Positions 37,362 through 47,019 of a DNA stretch of 64,000 nucleotides are shown one piece after another. The notes under the pieces were generated by a model. The model did no database searches and was not told where the DNA came from. It was given only the letters and a program-made list of their open reading frames with translations. Source of the stretch: an uncultured Nitrospiraceae bacterium (GTDB lineage: Bacteria > Nitrospirota > Thermodesulfovibrionia > Thermodesulfovibrionales > Dissulfurispiraceae); assembly GCA_963705105.1 (NCBI GenBank), contig CAVPIW010000010.1, forward strand, positions 160,001 to 224,000. Reading direction: 5' to 3'. The stretch's first letter is position 1. The number at the start of each line of letters is the position of its first letter. The position numbers were made by a program, and so were the translations under genes.

Positions 37362-38054
37362 TTACTCGGCCGAACGCCTGCCCCTCTTGACCGTCACCTC
37401 GGGAGCTTCAACGGCTTCAGCGGCCGGGGGAGTAGGGGGAGCTGCCTGTCCTGCGGTCTGCTTCGGGAGGGCCGCAGCCGCAATCTCCTTGACCCCTTCG
37501 ACGACGCCGACGAGCATGTCTTTGACGGCCCTGACAGCGGTGTTCCCGACGGAGCCGGCAGCCTCGATGGCGCCGCCGACGGCGATCTTGGCAACTTCTT
37601 CGACGTTGCCGCCCACTTCCTTCGTCGCCTCGATGACGCCGTCGACGGCCCTGCGGGCGACGAGGCCGACATCAGCGCCGATCTCGGCGGCGCCTTTCAC
37701 AGCGCCTTTCACGGTCTGACTCGCAACGCTCACGACATCGCCGCCGATGTCGCTCACGCCCATGATCAGACCCTTGGCAACGCTCTTCGTGCTCAGAATG
37801 AGGCCTGTACCCACTTCTTCGGTCGCCTGGATGGCGCCTTTGACGACATCCTTGGTGACGTTAATGCCCTCGCCGGCGACTGAGCCCGTCGCCTTAAGGG
37901 TATTCGATACGGTGCTCCGGACGAGGCTCACGATTTCGGCCTCGATCTCGTTGATCCCCTTCAGGCTGCTGACGATGCCCTCCTTGACAGTCGTTCCCGC
38001 CTTTCCGATACCCTCGCTGATTTCCGGCTTTCCCGCTGCCGTTTCCCCCTTCAT
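37362..38054 (-). CDS. Hypothetical Gly/Ala/Val-rich protein with 22-residue amphipathic repeats
   Basis: GGAGG RBS; tandem units KGAIQATEEVGTGLILSTKSVA, KGLIMGVSDIGGDVVSVASQTV, KGAVKGAAEIGADVGLVARRAV, DGVIEATKEVGGNVEEVAKIAV, GGAIEAAGSVGNTAVRAVKDML. Confidence 0.8.
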   Translation of the reverse strand: MKGETAAGKPEISEGIGKAGTTVKEGIVSSLKGINEIEAEIVSLVRSTVSNTLKATGSVAGEGINVTKDVVKGAIQATEEVGTGLILSTKSVAKGLIMGVSDIGGDVVSVASQTVKGAVKGAAEIGADVGLVARRAVDGVIEATKEVGGNVEEVAKIAVGGAIEAAGSVGNTAVRAVKDMLVGVVEGVKEIAAAALPKQTAGQAAPPTPPAAEAVEAPEVTVKRGRRSAE

Positions 38055-38140
38055 GTCAAACCTCCTCTTTTGCCGGGCACCGAGTAAATCCACCCGGCTG
38101 CTTATTATTCGGCATTGCTGGATTGGTACGCGTAACGAAC

Positions 38141-38195
38141 ATGTTACCCGACCCCTGTTACAGAAATGTTACGGGAGCGTTACATGTGCGTTACA
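38141..38195 (-). promoter_or_regulatory. Pho-box-like promoter 6 (minus strand)
   Basis: GTTAC at 38157, 38168, 38179, 38190 on the plus strand; minus-strand TAACAT -10 at 38146-38141. Confidence 0.75.
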
Positions 38196-38288
38196 TTGAA
38201 TGACTGCCTATGCAAAGATCAGATATATGCAATATCGCAAAAAATATTGCGGGGCACACGGCTGGAAACCGGCATATGCCGTTCGCCC

Positions 38289-38761
38289 TTATTCCGGCTT
38301 CGACTTGAGAAAAACGTTGAAGGCATACCAGAATGCGGTATACCACGCCGGAGCGGCGAAGTTGCCCTTCGCGATCTGGTAGACGCCGATCCCGAGGAGG
38401 GAAAGAAAGGACAGAGTCCAGAGGTCGATCGCGCCGCCCGTCAATCCCTTTATCTTGCTGTTCAGTTCCGTCATTTCCCCCGACACCTGCAAACGCAGAC
38501 TGCCGGGTCTGTCTTCCATGACCTTAAATATGCGTTTCGTTTGCGCCTTTCTGATGATGGTATCGGCCTCGGCGGGATGGGTGAACAAAAACAGAATACT
38601 TCCGGTAATCGGATTCGTCATAACACTTTCGATGCCGGGCACATTGGAAAACCGGTCCGGCAGTGAGAAGAAAAAAGAAGAATCCCCCCTTTTCCCGGGA
38701 CCCTGATCCTCAGTCTCCCGGGCATCCGGTGAACGATAAAGGCGGTTGGAAGATCAGCCAC
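38289..38761 (-). CDS. HMA2 domain membrane protein, one-base frameshift in a homopolymer near 38688
   Basis: IVHRMPGRLRIRVP | FSNVPGIESVMTNPITGSIL...APAWYTAFWYA across two frames. Confidence 0.7.
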
Positions 38762-39044
38762 CCTGGGGGCCTCCCTCGACTGTATCGGGACTGATCTGCG
38801 TCTGCTCCTCCGCCATTTCCGCCTTTGCCTCGGCGACGATGTCCTCAACCATCTCCCCGACTTCCGCAAAGGTCTCCTTGCCTCTTTCGTACAGCATCAA
38901 CCCGCCCTTTATGGCAGCCTTGGCGAGCGGTTTCGCGATGCTCGCAACGACGGGTACGACGACCGGTGCCAGTACGGACGTGCCGATGCCTATGGCGAGG
39001 CCGGTCAGTATGTTGCCCTTCAAACCATTATCAAAGAGTCCCAT
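38754..39044 (-). CDS. DUF5132 family protein
   Basis: GLAIGIG..VLAPVVVP...KPLAKAAIKGG..LYE....FAEVGE..EDIVAEAKAE; GGAGG RBS. Confidence 0.8.
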   Translation of the reverse strand: MGLFDNGLKGNILTGLAIGIGTSVLAPVVVPVVASIAKPLAKAAIKGGLMLYERGKETFAEVGEMVEDIVAEAKAEMAEEQTQISPDTVEGGPQGG

Positions 39045-39199
39045 GAATACCTCCTCCGGATTGCCGTCCATTGCAACATGGTTCAAATTCCTTTTTATGA
39101 CTGATTATATACCCGGCGATTCCCTTCAGCAATATCTTTCGTCATGCGTTACCTACATCTCAAGGGCATGCAGAATTTCACTTCTTACCCTCCGTCCCT

Positions 39200-39255
39200 C
39201 TTCATGAAACTGTAACGCAGATGTCATCATCCTGTAACGGACCATATGTTTTAAT
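39200..39255 (+). promoter_or_regulatory. Pho-box-like promoter 7
   Basis: CTTCAT 39200, TGTAAC 39211, TGTCAT 39222, TGTAAC 39233; TTTAAT at 39250. Confidence 0.75.
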
Positions 39256-39279
39256 ATCCGAGGAGGCTGTCGGAACGAA

Positions 39280-39534
39280 ATGGTTTCCTACATCGTGAAA
39301 CATCACATACCGGGCCGCATACGGATCGAGATTCCTCTTTTAAGAAAAGTCCCGTCGAAGGAACTCAGGAAGCTTTCCGATATCGCCGTTCCTGAGGGCG
39401 TCACGAACCTGCGCGTCAATCCCCTGAACGGCAATATCATCATCACCTATGATCAGAAGATGATTGACATACTGAAATGGCTCAACACCATGGCAACGGA
39501 CTCCAGGATTCTGGAAATAGCAAACGCCACATAA
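39280..39534 (+). CDS. HMA2 domain protein
   Basis: HHIPGRIRIE...GVTNLRVNPLNGNIIITYD. Confidence 0.8.
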   Translation: MVSYIVKHHIPGRIRIEIPLLRKVPSKELRKLSDIAVPEGVTNLRVNPLNGNIIITYDQKMIDILKWLNTMATDSRILEIANAT

Positions 39535-39553
39535 GAATGAAAGGGACGAAAAA

Positions 39554-39787
39554 ATGAAAAACCAGGCGGTTGAAGAAAAAAGAGTGATAACAAAGCCGTC
39601 CTGCCCCCATCTCATGAAATCGGTCATCCCGTCCTGCCGGGCTGCGGACGAACCCTACGCGCCCAGCCCCTTTCAGATGACGGAATACTGCAGGACGCGG
39701 AACCACCGGAAATGCCCGTTCTTCATGAACCTGTCAAAGCCGGCCTTTGACCGGTCCGTTGAAGGATGGCTCGTCAGCATCCTGTAA
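39554..39787 (+). CDS. Small four-Cys protein, paralog 4
   Basis: CPHLMKSVIPSC-x17-C-x7-CPFF. Confidence 0.7.
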   Translation: MKNQAVEEKRVITKPSCPHLMKSVIPSCRAADEPYAPSPFQMTEYCRTRNHRKCPFFMNLSKPAFDRSVEGWLVSIL

Positions 39788-39838
39788 CGGAATCATCATC
39801 ATCCTGTAACATTACTGTAATATGTGCAATGGTATACT
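39783..39838 (+). promoter_or_regulatory. Pho-box-like promoter 8 (pstS)
   Basis: TGTAAC 39783, CATCAT 39794, TGTAAC 39805, TGTAAT 39816; TGG-TATACT at 39833. Confidence 0.85.
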
Positions 39839-39896
39839 AAATGAACATGCGAACTTTTCCGCATGAGAGATTTCAATCGATGAAGGAGGTAGTACA

Positions 39897-40901
39897 ATGG
39901 TGAAAAAGTCAGTTGCTGCTCTCGTGGCGCTCTTGGCATTCGTCCTCGCCTTCTCCCTTCCGGCGAAGGCGGCCGACAAGATCGTCAAGATCGACGGGTC
40001 GAGCACCGTTTACCCGATCACGGAGGCCGTGGCGGAGGAATTCCAGAAAGCCAAGAAGGGCGCCGTCAAGGTGACCGTCGGCATCTCCGGCACCGGCGGC
40101 GGATTCAAGAAATTCTGCCGGGGGGAGACGGACATCTCCGACGCGTCCCGTCCCATCCTCAAGAAAGAGATCGATGTCTGCAATGAGCAGAAGATCGAGT
40201 ACATAGAGCTTCCCGTGGCCTATGACGGGCTCGCCGTCATGGTGAACTTGAAAAACACCTGGGTGACGTCCCTCACCGTCGCCGACCTCAAGAATATGTG
40301 GGAACCGGCGGCACAGGGTAAGGTCAAGACCTGGAAGCAGGTGAGACCCGAGTGGCCCGATAGTCCCCTCAAACTCTTCGGCCCCGGCGCCGACTCCGGC
40401 ACGATGGACTACTTCACAGAGGCGATCAACGGGAAGGCAAAGGCATCCCGCGGTGATTATACGGCCAGTGAGGACGATAACGTCCTCGTCCAGGGCATCT
40501 CCGGAGACAAGGGCGCTCTCGGATATTTCGGGCTCGCCTATTACGAGGAGAACAAGGGGAAGCTGAAGCTCATCCCCATCGACGGCGGAAAAGGCCCCGT
40601 CTCCCCGTCCATGAAGACCGTCATGGACGGCACCTACAGCCCCCTTTCGCGGCCACTGTTCATCTATGTCAACAAGAAGGCCGCCGCCGAGAAGCCGGAA
40701 GTAAAGGAGTTCGTCGACTACTACCTGAAAAACGCGGCGAAACTGACGAAGGACGCGAAATACATTCCCCTCCCCGACAGCGCCTACAAGCTCGCCCAGG
40801 ACCGGTTCAAGAAGATGAAGACCGGCTCCATGTTCGGCGGCGAGGAGAAGGTGGGCCTGAAAATCGAAGACCTCCTCAAGCTGGAGGAAAAGAAGAAATA
40901 A
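39897..40901 (+). CDS. pstS: Phosphate ABC transporter substrate-binding protein
   Basis: Signal peptide; [34 protein letters not shown]. Confidence 0.95.
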   Translation: MVKKSVAALVALLAFVLAFSLPAKAADKIVKIDGSSTVYPITEAVAEEFQKAKKGAVKVTVGISGTGGGFKKFCRGETDISDASRPILKKEIDVCNEQKIEYIELPVAYDGLAVMVNLKNTWVTSLTVADLKNMWEPAAQGKVKTWKQVRPEWPDSPLKLFGPGADSGTMDYFTEAINGKAKASRGDYTASEDDNVLVQGISGDKGALGYFGLAYYEENKGKLKLIPIDGGKGPVSPSMKTVMDGTYSPLSRPLFIYVNKKAAAEKPEVKEFVDYYLKNAAKLTKDAKYIPLPDSAYKLAQDRFKKMKTGSMFGGEEKVGLKIEDLLKLEEKKK

Positions 40902-40914
40902 CCATCCACCGAGA

Positions 40915-40949
40915 GGGAGGCGGGTGACCCGCCTCCCCGCCTTTCTTTT
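40915..40949 (+). terminator. Hairpin after pstS
   Basis: GGGAGGCGGG-TGA-CCCGCCTCCC followed by CGCCTTTCTTTT. Confidence 0.6.
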
Positions 40950-41001
40950 AACATTCCTGTAACATTCTTGTAACATTCCTGTAATATTAAACAGTCAAAA
41001 T
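40947..41001 (+). promoter_or_regulatory. Pho-box-like promoter 9 (pstCAB-phoU)
   Basis: TTTAAC 40947, TGTAAC 40958, TGTAAC 40969, TGTAAT 40980; CAAAAT at 40996. Confidence 0.75.
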
Positions 41002-41053
41002 ATTATTTGACCAGGAAGTCCACTGATAAGGTGAAATGATTCAGTCCGCATTT

Positions 41054-41405
41054 GTCATCCCGGCTCGTCCGGGATCCTTCTTGAAGAAAGATTCCCGGCA
41101 AGCGGGAATGACGTGGATACTTACGTACCCCTTGGTAACATTGAAAGGCGACCGGAAAGGCGGGGCGATGGCGCCACGAAAAGCATCGGTGCTGCGAAAC
41201 CTCTATAGTCGTGAGACCACCATTTGACGGCAATTGAGGACGACACAAAAGATGAAATCAAGTGGCTGTAGGGGCCGTTCCCCGAACGGCCCGACATGTG
41301 ATGAGACGGTCTGCTCGGGGAGCAGACCCTACGCAATCAATGTCGCTCTATCAGCGAGGCTTTGAGGCGTTTTGCCCCGCCTTTTTATGCAACTACAGGG
41401 TAAAC
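41054..41405. repeat. Composite repeat (GTCATCCCG...GGGAATGAC palindrome, MITE-like arms, two GTAG REPs)
   Basis: Palindrome 41054-41112 is an inverted relative of 44930-44986; REPs at 41268-41332; ends TGCAACTACAGGGT. Confidence 0.75.
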
Positions 41406-41447
41406 TTGTTGGGCCGTCGGTGACTTTGAATCAGTGAAGGAAAGAGA

Positions 41448-42407
41448 ATGAACCAGACATTTGAAAACGTGAAGGGTACGATCGAAGATGTCCGCTCCGC
41501 GGAATATGCGCGGAAAAAGTACCGGAAAACGAGAAAGCTCAAAGAGGGCCTGATCGAGCTCAGTCTTCTGCTCTGCGCCCTCTCGTCCGTCTTCATCACC
41601 GTCAGCATCGTCGTCGTCCTCGCCTACGAGTCCTTCGGGTTCTTCCAGGCGGTCCCTCTCAGTGAATTCCTTTTCGAGACGACCTGGACACCGCTCTTCG
41701 CGGACCCCAAGTTCGGCATCATGCCCCTCGTCGCCGGCACGATGCTGACGACGTCGATCGCGCTGATCGTTTCCCTTCCTTTGGGCCTCATCGTCGCCAT
41801 CTATCTGAGCGAATACGCGCCCCATCGTTTCCGGGAGACGATCAAGCCAGTCCTTGAACTTCTGGCAGCCGTCCCGACCGTCGTCTACGGCTACTTCGCG
41901 CTCCTCTTCCTGACCCCCATCCTCCAGGAAACGATCCTGCCCGACCTCTCGGGCTTCAACGCCCTGAGTCCCGGCATCATCATGGGCATCATGATCATCC
42001 CCTATGTGAGCTCCGTCAGCGAGGACTCCATGAAGGCCGTGCCGATGCACATCCGCGAGGGCTCCTACGCGATGGGGGCCACGAAGTTCCAGACAGCCTT
42101 CAAGGTCGTCATCCCCGCCGCCTTCTCGGGCATTGCCGCCGCCTTCATCATCGGCATCTCCCGGGCCATCGGCGAGACCATGGTCGTCGCCATCGCCGCG
42201 GGGATGATGCCGAATCTCACTGCCAATCCCCTGGAGCCGGTCCAGACGCTGACGGCCTATATCGTCCAGGTGAGCCTCGGCGACGTGCCGCACGGAACGG
42301 TCGAATACAAGACCATCTTCGCCGCGGGGATCACGCTATTCATCATGACCCTGGGCTTCAACATCCTCGGCTTCTGGCTCAGGAAGAGGATCCGGGAAGT
42401 TTATTAG
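41448..42407 (+). CDS. pstC: Phosphate ABC transporter permease
   Basis: AIYLSEYA, ELLAAVPTVVYG, SRAIGETMVV. Confidence 0.95.
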   Translation: MNQTFENVKGTIEDVRSAEYARKKYRKTRKLKEGLIELSLLLCALSSVFITVSIVVVLAYESFGFFQAVPLSEFLFETTWTPLFADPKFGIMPLVAGTMLTTSIALIVSLPLGLIVAIYLSEYAPHRFRETIKPVLELLAAVPTVVYGYFALLFLTPILQETILPDLSGFNALSPGIIMGIMIIPYVSSVSEDSMKAVPMHIREGSYAMGATKFQTAFKVVIPAAFSGIAAAFIIGISRAIGETMVVAIAAGMMPNLTANPLEPVQTLTAYIVQVSLGDVPHGTVEYKTIFAAGITLFIMTLGFNILGFWLRKRIREVY

Positions 42408-42418
42408 GGAACGGCATA

Positions 42419-43327
42419 ATGGAAGATATAAGGAAACGCATATCGTACAACAAATTCTGGGACCACGTCTTCTGGATCGTCGGTCTCATGTCGACCTTCG
42501 TCGGCCTCGTCCTGCTCTTCGTCCTCATGGTCGATCTCTTCGTCCAGGGCGCTCCGCGAATTACCTATAAGTTCTTCACGTCCTTTCCCTCGCGCTTCCC
42601 CGAGCAGGCAGGCATCCTCTCCGCCTGGGTCGGCAGCTTTCTGCTGCTCCTCGTGACGGCCCTCTCGGCTATTCCCCTCGGTATCGCTGCCGGGATCTAT
42701 CTCGAAGAATACGCACGGAAAAACTGGCTCACCGATATCATCGAGATCAACATCGCCAACCTGGCCGGCGTTCCGTCCATCGTCTACGGTCTCCTCGCCC
42801 TGGGGCTCTTCGTCTACTTCCTCGACTTCGGCGAGAGCGTCCTGACGGGAGGGCTCACCCTCGGGCTGCTCATCCTTCCCATGATCATCATGGCGACGAG
42901 GGAGGCGATCCGGGCGATCCCCAATTCCATCAGGGAGGCGTCCTATGCCGTGGGAGCGACGAAGTGGCAGACCGTGCAGTGGCACATCATACCGTATTCC
43001 ACGGGAGGCATCCTGACGGGCATCATCATCGGCCTTTCCCGGGCTATCGGGGAGACGGCCCCGATCATCACCATCGGCGCCCTCACCTTCATCGCCTTTC
43101 TGCCGGCTTCTCCCATTACGTCGGAGTTCCCCTTCCTCTCCCTGAAGTGGCTTTTCGACCCCTTCACGGTCATGCCCATTCAGATGTTTTCGTGGGTATC
43201 GCGGCCCCAGCAGGCATTTCAGGTCAACGCGGCGGCGGCCGGTATCGTGCTCATGATCATGACGCTGCTGATGAACGGGCTCGCAATATACATCCGGTAC
43301 AGGTTCAGGAAAAAAATCAAATGGTAA
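42419..43327 (+). CDS. pstA: Phosphate ABC transporter permease
   Basis: [29 protein letters not shown]. Confidence 0.95.
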   Translation: MEDIRKRISYNKFWDHVFWIVGLMSTFVGLVLLFVLMVDLFVQGAPRITYKFFTSFPSRFPEQAGILSAWVGSFLLLLVTALSAIPLGIAAGIYLEEYARKNWLTDIIEINIANLAGVPSIVYGLLALGLFVYFLDFGESVLTGGLTLGLLILPMIIMATREAIRAIPNSIREASYAVGATKWQTVQWHIIPYSTGGILTGIIIGLSRAIGETAPIITIGALTFIAFLPASPITSEFPFLSLKWLFDPFTVMPIQMFSWVSRPQQAFQVNAAAAGIVLMIMTLLMNGLAIYIRYRFRKKIKW

Positions 43328-44091
43328 CAGACGGTATAAAAGCGGAATCAAAGAACCTCAATTTCTACTACGGCACAAAACAGGCCCTGAAGAACATCGA
43401 CCTTATTGTCAGGCAGAACAAGGTCACTGCACTCATCGGTCCGTCGGGATGCGGGAAGACGACTTTCCTGCGGTGCTTCAACCGCATGCATGACCTCTAT
43501 CCGCACAACCGGTACGAAGGGGAGATCATCCTGCTTCCCGAAAACATCAACATCGTCTCACCGGATATTGATCCCATCGAGGTGCGCATGCGCATCAGCA
43601 TGGTCTTCCAGAAGCCGAACCCCTTCCCGAAATCGATTTTCGAGAATGTCTGTTACGGCCTCAGGGTACGGGGCGTCAATAACAAGAACGTCCTCAGGGA
43701 AACCGTGGAAAAATCCCTGCGCGGCGCCGCTCTCTGGGACGAGGTGAAGGACAGGCTCGAGGGCCTCGCCTTCGACCTGTCGGGAGGGCAGCAGCAGCGC
43801 CTCTGCATCGCCCGCGCCCTTGCGACGACTCCCGAGATTCTCCTCTTCGACGAACCGACATCGGCACTCGATCCGATCGCGACATCGAAGATCGAGGAAC
43901 TCATCGTCGAGCTCAAGAAGGACCTGACGATCATCATCGTGACGCATAACATGCAGCAGGCGGCCCGTGTCTCCGATTTCACGGCCTTCATGTACATCGG
44001 CGAGATCATCGAGTACGACAAGACGGATAAAATCTTTACGGCGCCCTCTGAAAAACTGACGGAAGAATATATTACGGGGAGGTTCGGATAA
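43321..44091 (+). CDS. pstB: Phosphate ABC transporter ATP-binding protein
   Basis: [46 protein letters not shown]. Confidence 0.96.
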   Translation: MVTDGIKAESKNLNFYYGTKQALKNIDLIVRQNKVTALIGPSGCGKTTFLRCFNRMHDLYPHNRYEGEIILLPENINIVSPDIDPIEVRMRISMVFQKPNPFPKSIFENVCYGLRVRGVNNKNVLRETVEKSLRGAALWDEVKDRLEGLAFDLSGGQQQRLCIARALATTPEILLFDEPTSALDPIATSKIEELIVELKKDLTIIIVTHNMQQAARVSDFTAFMYIGEIIEYDKTDKIFTAPSEKLTEEYITGRFG

Positions 44092-44744
44092 TGGCAATCT
44101 TTGACGAAGAGCTGATGAGACTGAAGGAGAAGGTCCTCAAGATGGGCGCCCTCGTCGAGAACGCCATCAAAGACTCCGTCCGGTCTCTTGTGGAGCGCGA
44201 TGACGATATCGCCGTGCAGGTCATCGAGAACGATCACGTCGTCAATGCTCTCGACATAGAGATCGATGAAGAGTCGATCCGCCTGATCGCCCTCAGGCAG
44301 CCGAAGGCGAGCGACCTGAGGTTCATCACGACGGCCATGAAGATCACCACAGATCTCGAGCGGATCGGAGACCTCGCCGTCAGCATCGCACAGAAGGCCC
44401 TCGATCTGAACAAGGAACCGATCCTGAAGCCTTACATCGACGTTCCGAAGATGCGCGAAATCGCCCAGGGCATGACCCGCGACGCCCTCGACGCCTTCGT
44501 CAACAAGAACAAACGTCTTGCCGTGGACGTCATCATGCGGGACGATGAGATCGATGATCTCAAGAGTGAAGTCCTCCGGGAACTCGTCGTCTACATGGTC
44601 CAGGACCCCTCAACAGTATCGCGGGCGATGAAGATCAGTTTCGTCGCCCAGGGCCTCGAGCGCATCGCCGACCACGCCACGAACATCGCCGAGATGGTGA
44701 TCTACCTTGTCGAAGGAAAGATAATACGGCACGGAATAACGTAA
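44091..44744 (+). CDS. phoU: Phosphate signalling protein PhoU
   Basis: QPKASDLR, DLERIGD, LERIADHATNIAE. Confidence 0.95.
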   Translation: MAIFDEELMRLKEKVLKMGALVENAIKDSVRSLVERDDDIAVQVIENDHVVNALDIEIDEESIRLIALRQPKASDLRFITTAMKITTDLERIGDLAVSIAQKALDLNKEPILKPYIDVPKMREIAQGMTRDALDAFVNKNKRLAVDVIMRDDEIDDLKSEVLRELVVYMVQDPSTVSRAMKISFVAQGLERIADHATNIAEMVIYLVEGKIIRHGIT

Positions 44745-44748
44745 AGGA

Positions 44749-44831
44749 TAGTGTCAGTGTCAGTGTGAGTGTCAGTGTCAGCAAAAGGCACGTAAAGATA
44801 GTGTCAGTGTGAGTGTGAGTGTCAGTGTCAG
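44749..44831. repeat. Tandem (C/G)AGTGT hexamer arrays
   Basis: Two GATAGTGTCAGTGT(C/G)AGTGT... blocks; the same hexamer runs occur near 7805, 21550, 32672, 45035, 46755, 56853, 57191 and 62722. Confidence 0.8.
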
Positions 44832-45118
44832 AGAAAGGTGATTTTCCCCATCTCGGGTGTCGAGCCTATGAGAGGGAGAAACTTCGTCAAGTTCCTAAGG
44901 AGGAGCACGTAAGAAAAACTACATCCATGTCATTCCCGCTTGTCGGGCATCTTTCTTAAGAAGGATCCCGGACAAGCCGGGATGACAAATACAGAACCGG
45001 ATCATGTCACCTTACTATCGATCCCCTTAATAAGTGACACTGACACTATTTTTCAGGGCACTTTGTCCCGCCTTTGCGTGCAACTGAAATGTTTTCTCTG
45101 TGCTCTCTGTGATTCAGA

Positions 45119-46429
45119 TTACTGCTGGGCCTTGGGTTGATCCCCGCCGCCCTCTGAACTTCTCCTCCTGCCGCCGCCTCGTTTCACAGAGGGACCGGAC
45201 CCGGGCTTCCGGGGCCTCTCCGGCCTTCGTCCCGCCGGCGCCTTTTCATCCCTCCGCCTGCGCCTGTCTGAAAACCTCTTGTAGTCCGTCATCACGATGC
45301 TGTCCGTGACGGGCGCGACGGGGATCTTGTACTTGATGTAGTTCTCTATGTCCGGCAGCGACTGGACGTATTTCTCGCAGGCCAGGGCGATCGCTTTTCC
45401 TTCGGCCCCCGCCCGGGCGGTCCTCCCGATGCGGTGGACATAGTCCTCCGGGTCCTGGGGCAGATCAAAGTTGATGACATGGCTCACGTCGTCGATGTGG
45501 AGTCCCCGGGCGGCGACGTCCGTCGCCACGAGAACGGAGATTTCCCCCGATTTGAAGGATGCGAGGATCCGCAGGCGGCTCTTCTGCGGCAGATCGCCGG
45601 TGATCGACTTCGCCTTGTATCCGTTTGCGTTGAGCAGACCCTCGATGCGGGCGGCTGCAGCCTTGGTGTTCACGAATATGAGCGTGCGCTCGCCCTGTTC
45701 CCTTTTGAGGATACCAAGGAGCAGGCCCGATTTCTCGTCAAGGCCGACATGGTAGAGCTCCTGGGCGACGGTGTCGACGGTCATCTGTCCCGGTGTCACG
45801 CTGATCCTCTCGGGCAGGTTCATGTGCTCGTAGCACAACTCCATGACACGGTATGAGAGGGTGGCTGAAAAGAGCATGCTTTGACGCTTGTCATAGGGGG
45901 ACATCCTGCGGAGGAGGAAGCGAAGGTCCGCGATGAAACCCATGTCGAACATCCTGTCCGCCTCGTCGATCACGAGGAATTCCGTTCTCCTCAGGCTGTA
46001 CACCTTCTGTTTCAGGTAGTCGATGAGGCGACCCGGAGTGCCGACGATGATTTCAGGTCTGTGGCCGATTTCACGCCGCTGGAACTGATAATCCATGCCG
46101 CCGTAAACGGGGAGCGTCTTGATGTCCGTAAAGCGGCCGAGCCTCTCAGCCTCTGCGCAGATCTGGACGACCAGCTCCCTCGTCGGCGCAAGCACGAGGG
46201 CACGGGGCGAGGGATTCTCGCCGGGACTCGGGACGGCGATCATGCGGGAAAATAGCGTAATCAGGAATACGGCCGTTTTTCCCGTGCCTGTCTGGGCCTG
46301 GACGGCGATGTCCTTACCGGACAGGGCAAGGGGCAGAGCGGCCTCCTGGACAGCGGTGCACTCGCTGAAGCCCGTCTCCCTGATGCCGTCGAGGACAGCC
46401 GGGGCGATTGGAAGATCCTCAAAACGCAT
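45119..46429 (-). CDS. rhlB: DEAD-box RNA helicase, RhlB-like
   Basis: AQTGTGKT, APTREL, DEAD, SAT, ARGLHI, HRIGRTAR; LACEKY tail typical of RhlB. Confidence 0.85.
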   Translation of the reverse strand: MRFEDLPIAPAVLDGIRETGFSECTAVQEAALPLALSGKDIAVQAQTGTGKTAVFLITLFSRMIAVPSPGENPSPRALVLAPTRELVVQICAEAERLGRFTDIKTLPVYGGMDYQFQRREIGHRPEIIVGTPGRLIDYLKQKVYSLRRTEFLVIDEADRMFDMGFIADLRFLLRRMSPYDKRQSMLFSATLSYRVMELCYEHMNLPERISVTPGQMTVDTVAQELYHVGLDEKSGLLLGILKREQGERTLIFVNTKAAAARIEGLLNANGYKAKSITGDLPQKSRLRILASFKSGEISVLVATDVAARGLHIDDVSHVINFDLPQDPEDYVHRIGRTARAGAEGKAIALACEKYVQSLPDIENYIKYKIPVAPVTDSIVMTDYKRFSDRRRRRDEKAPAGRRPERPRKPGSGPSVKRGGGRRRSSEGGGDQPKAQQ

Positions 46430-46509
46430 AACTCTTATTATAGCCTATATCATGACGGGAAAACCCCGGATTGCCATTGTCCCCGCGTGTCACCCCGGAA
46501 AATTGTCCC

Positions 46510-46892
46510 GGCAGTTGTATGAAAAGGCACGGCAAAGCGCCTCAAAGACTCGCTGGCAGCGACATTGATCATTTCAGGTCGTGTATCAGGATTCCCTCCT
46601 TGATAAGGTCCTTTCTTCGCATAATAAACCCTTATCACCACAATGAGATCTCAGGAAAGACGGGGCGAATGCGCCGAAAAGCATCGGTGCTGCGAAACCT
46701 CTGCCTTCCCGTGCAGACCATTGCAGACCAACGATCGAACAAAATTAACCTTTTACTGACACTCACACTGACACTGACACTGTTTTTCGGAGCGTTTTGC
46801 CCCGTCTTTTCGCGCAAGGCAACCGTGAATTTTTCTTCAGAAACCACACCCTATCCTTGTTTCCAAGGTTTTGCTGCAAGATATTCTGGACA
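46510..46892. repeat. Composite intergenic repeat
   Basis: Inverted relative of 17780-18060, with ACACTG hexamers at 46755-46782. Confidence 0.8.
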
Positions 46893-46901
46893 GGAGTGTC
46901 C

Positions 46902-46957
46902 TGTAACACACTTTTCATATTGCCGTAATCAGGCGGTAAAGAATCGCGGCGTATTAT
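46902..46957 (+). promoter_or_regulatory. Pho-box-like promoter 10 (DksA/TraR gene)
   Basis: TGTAAC 46902, TTTCAT 46913, CGTAAT 46924, GGTAAA 46935; TATTAT at 46952. Confidence 0.65.
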
Positions 46958-47019
46958 AGACGACAGCCCCGGATTTTCCCGGGCAGACAGGAGTTTGAAC
47001 ATCGTACAAGGAGGCAACT

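Noticed and set aside
36900..39534. Magnetosome gene cluster suggested by Gly-rich small membrane proteins and HMA2 domains
   Set aside because: No recognisable core mam genes (TPR MamA, CDF MamB/M, actin-like MamK, magnetochrome proteins) or feoB in the window.
44749..44831. CRISPR array
   Set aside because: Only hexamer tandem repeats, no repeat-spacer structure and no cas genes in the window.
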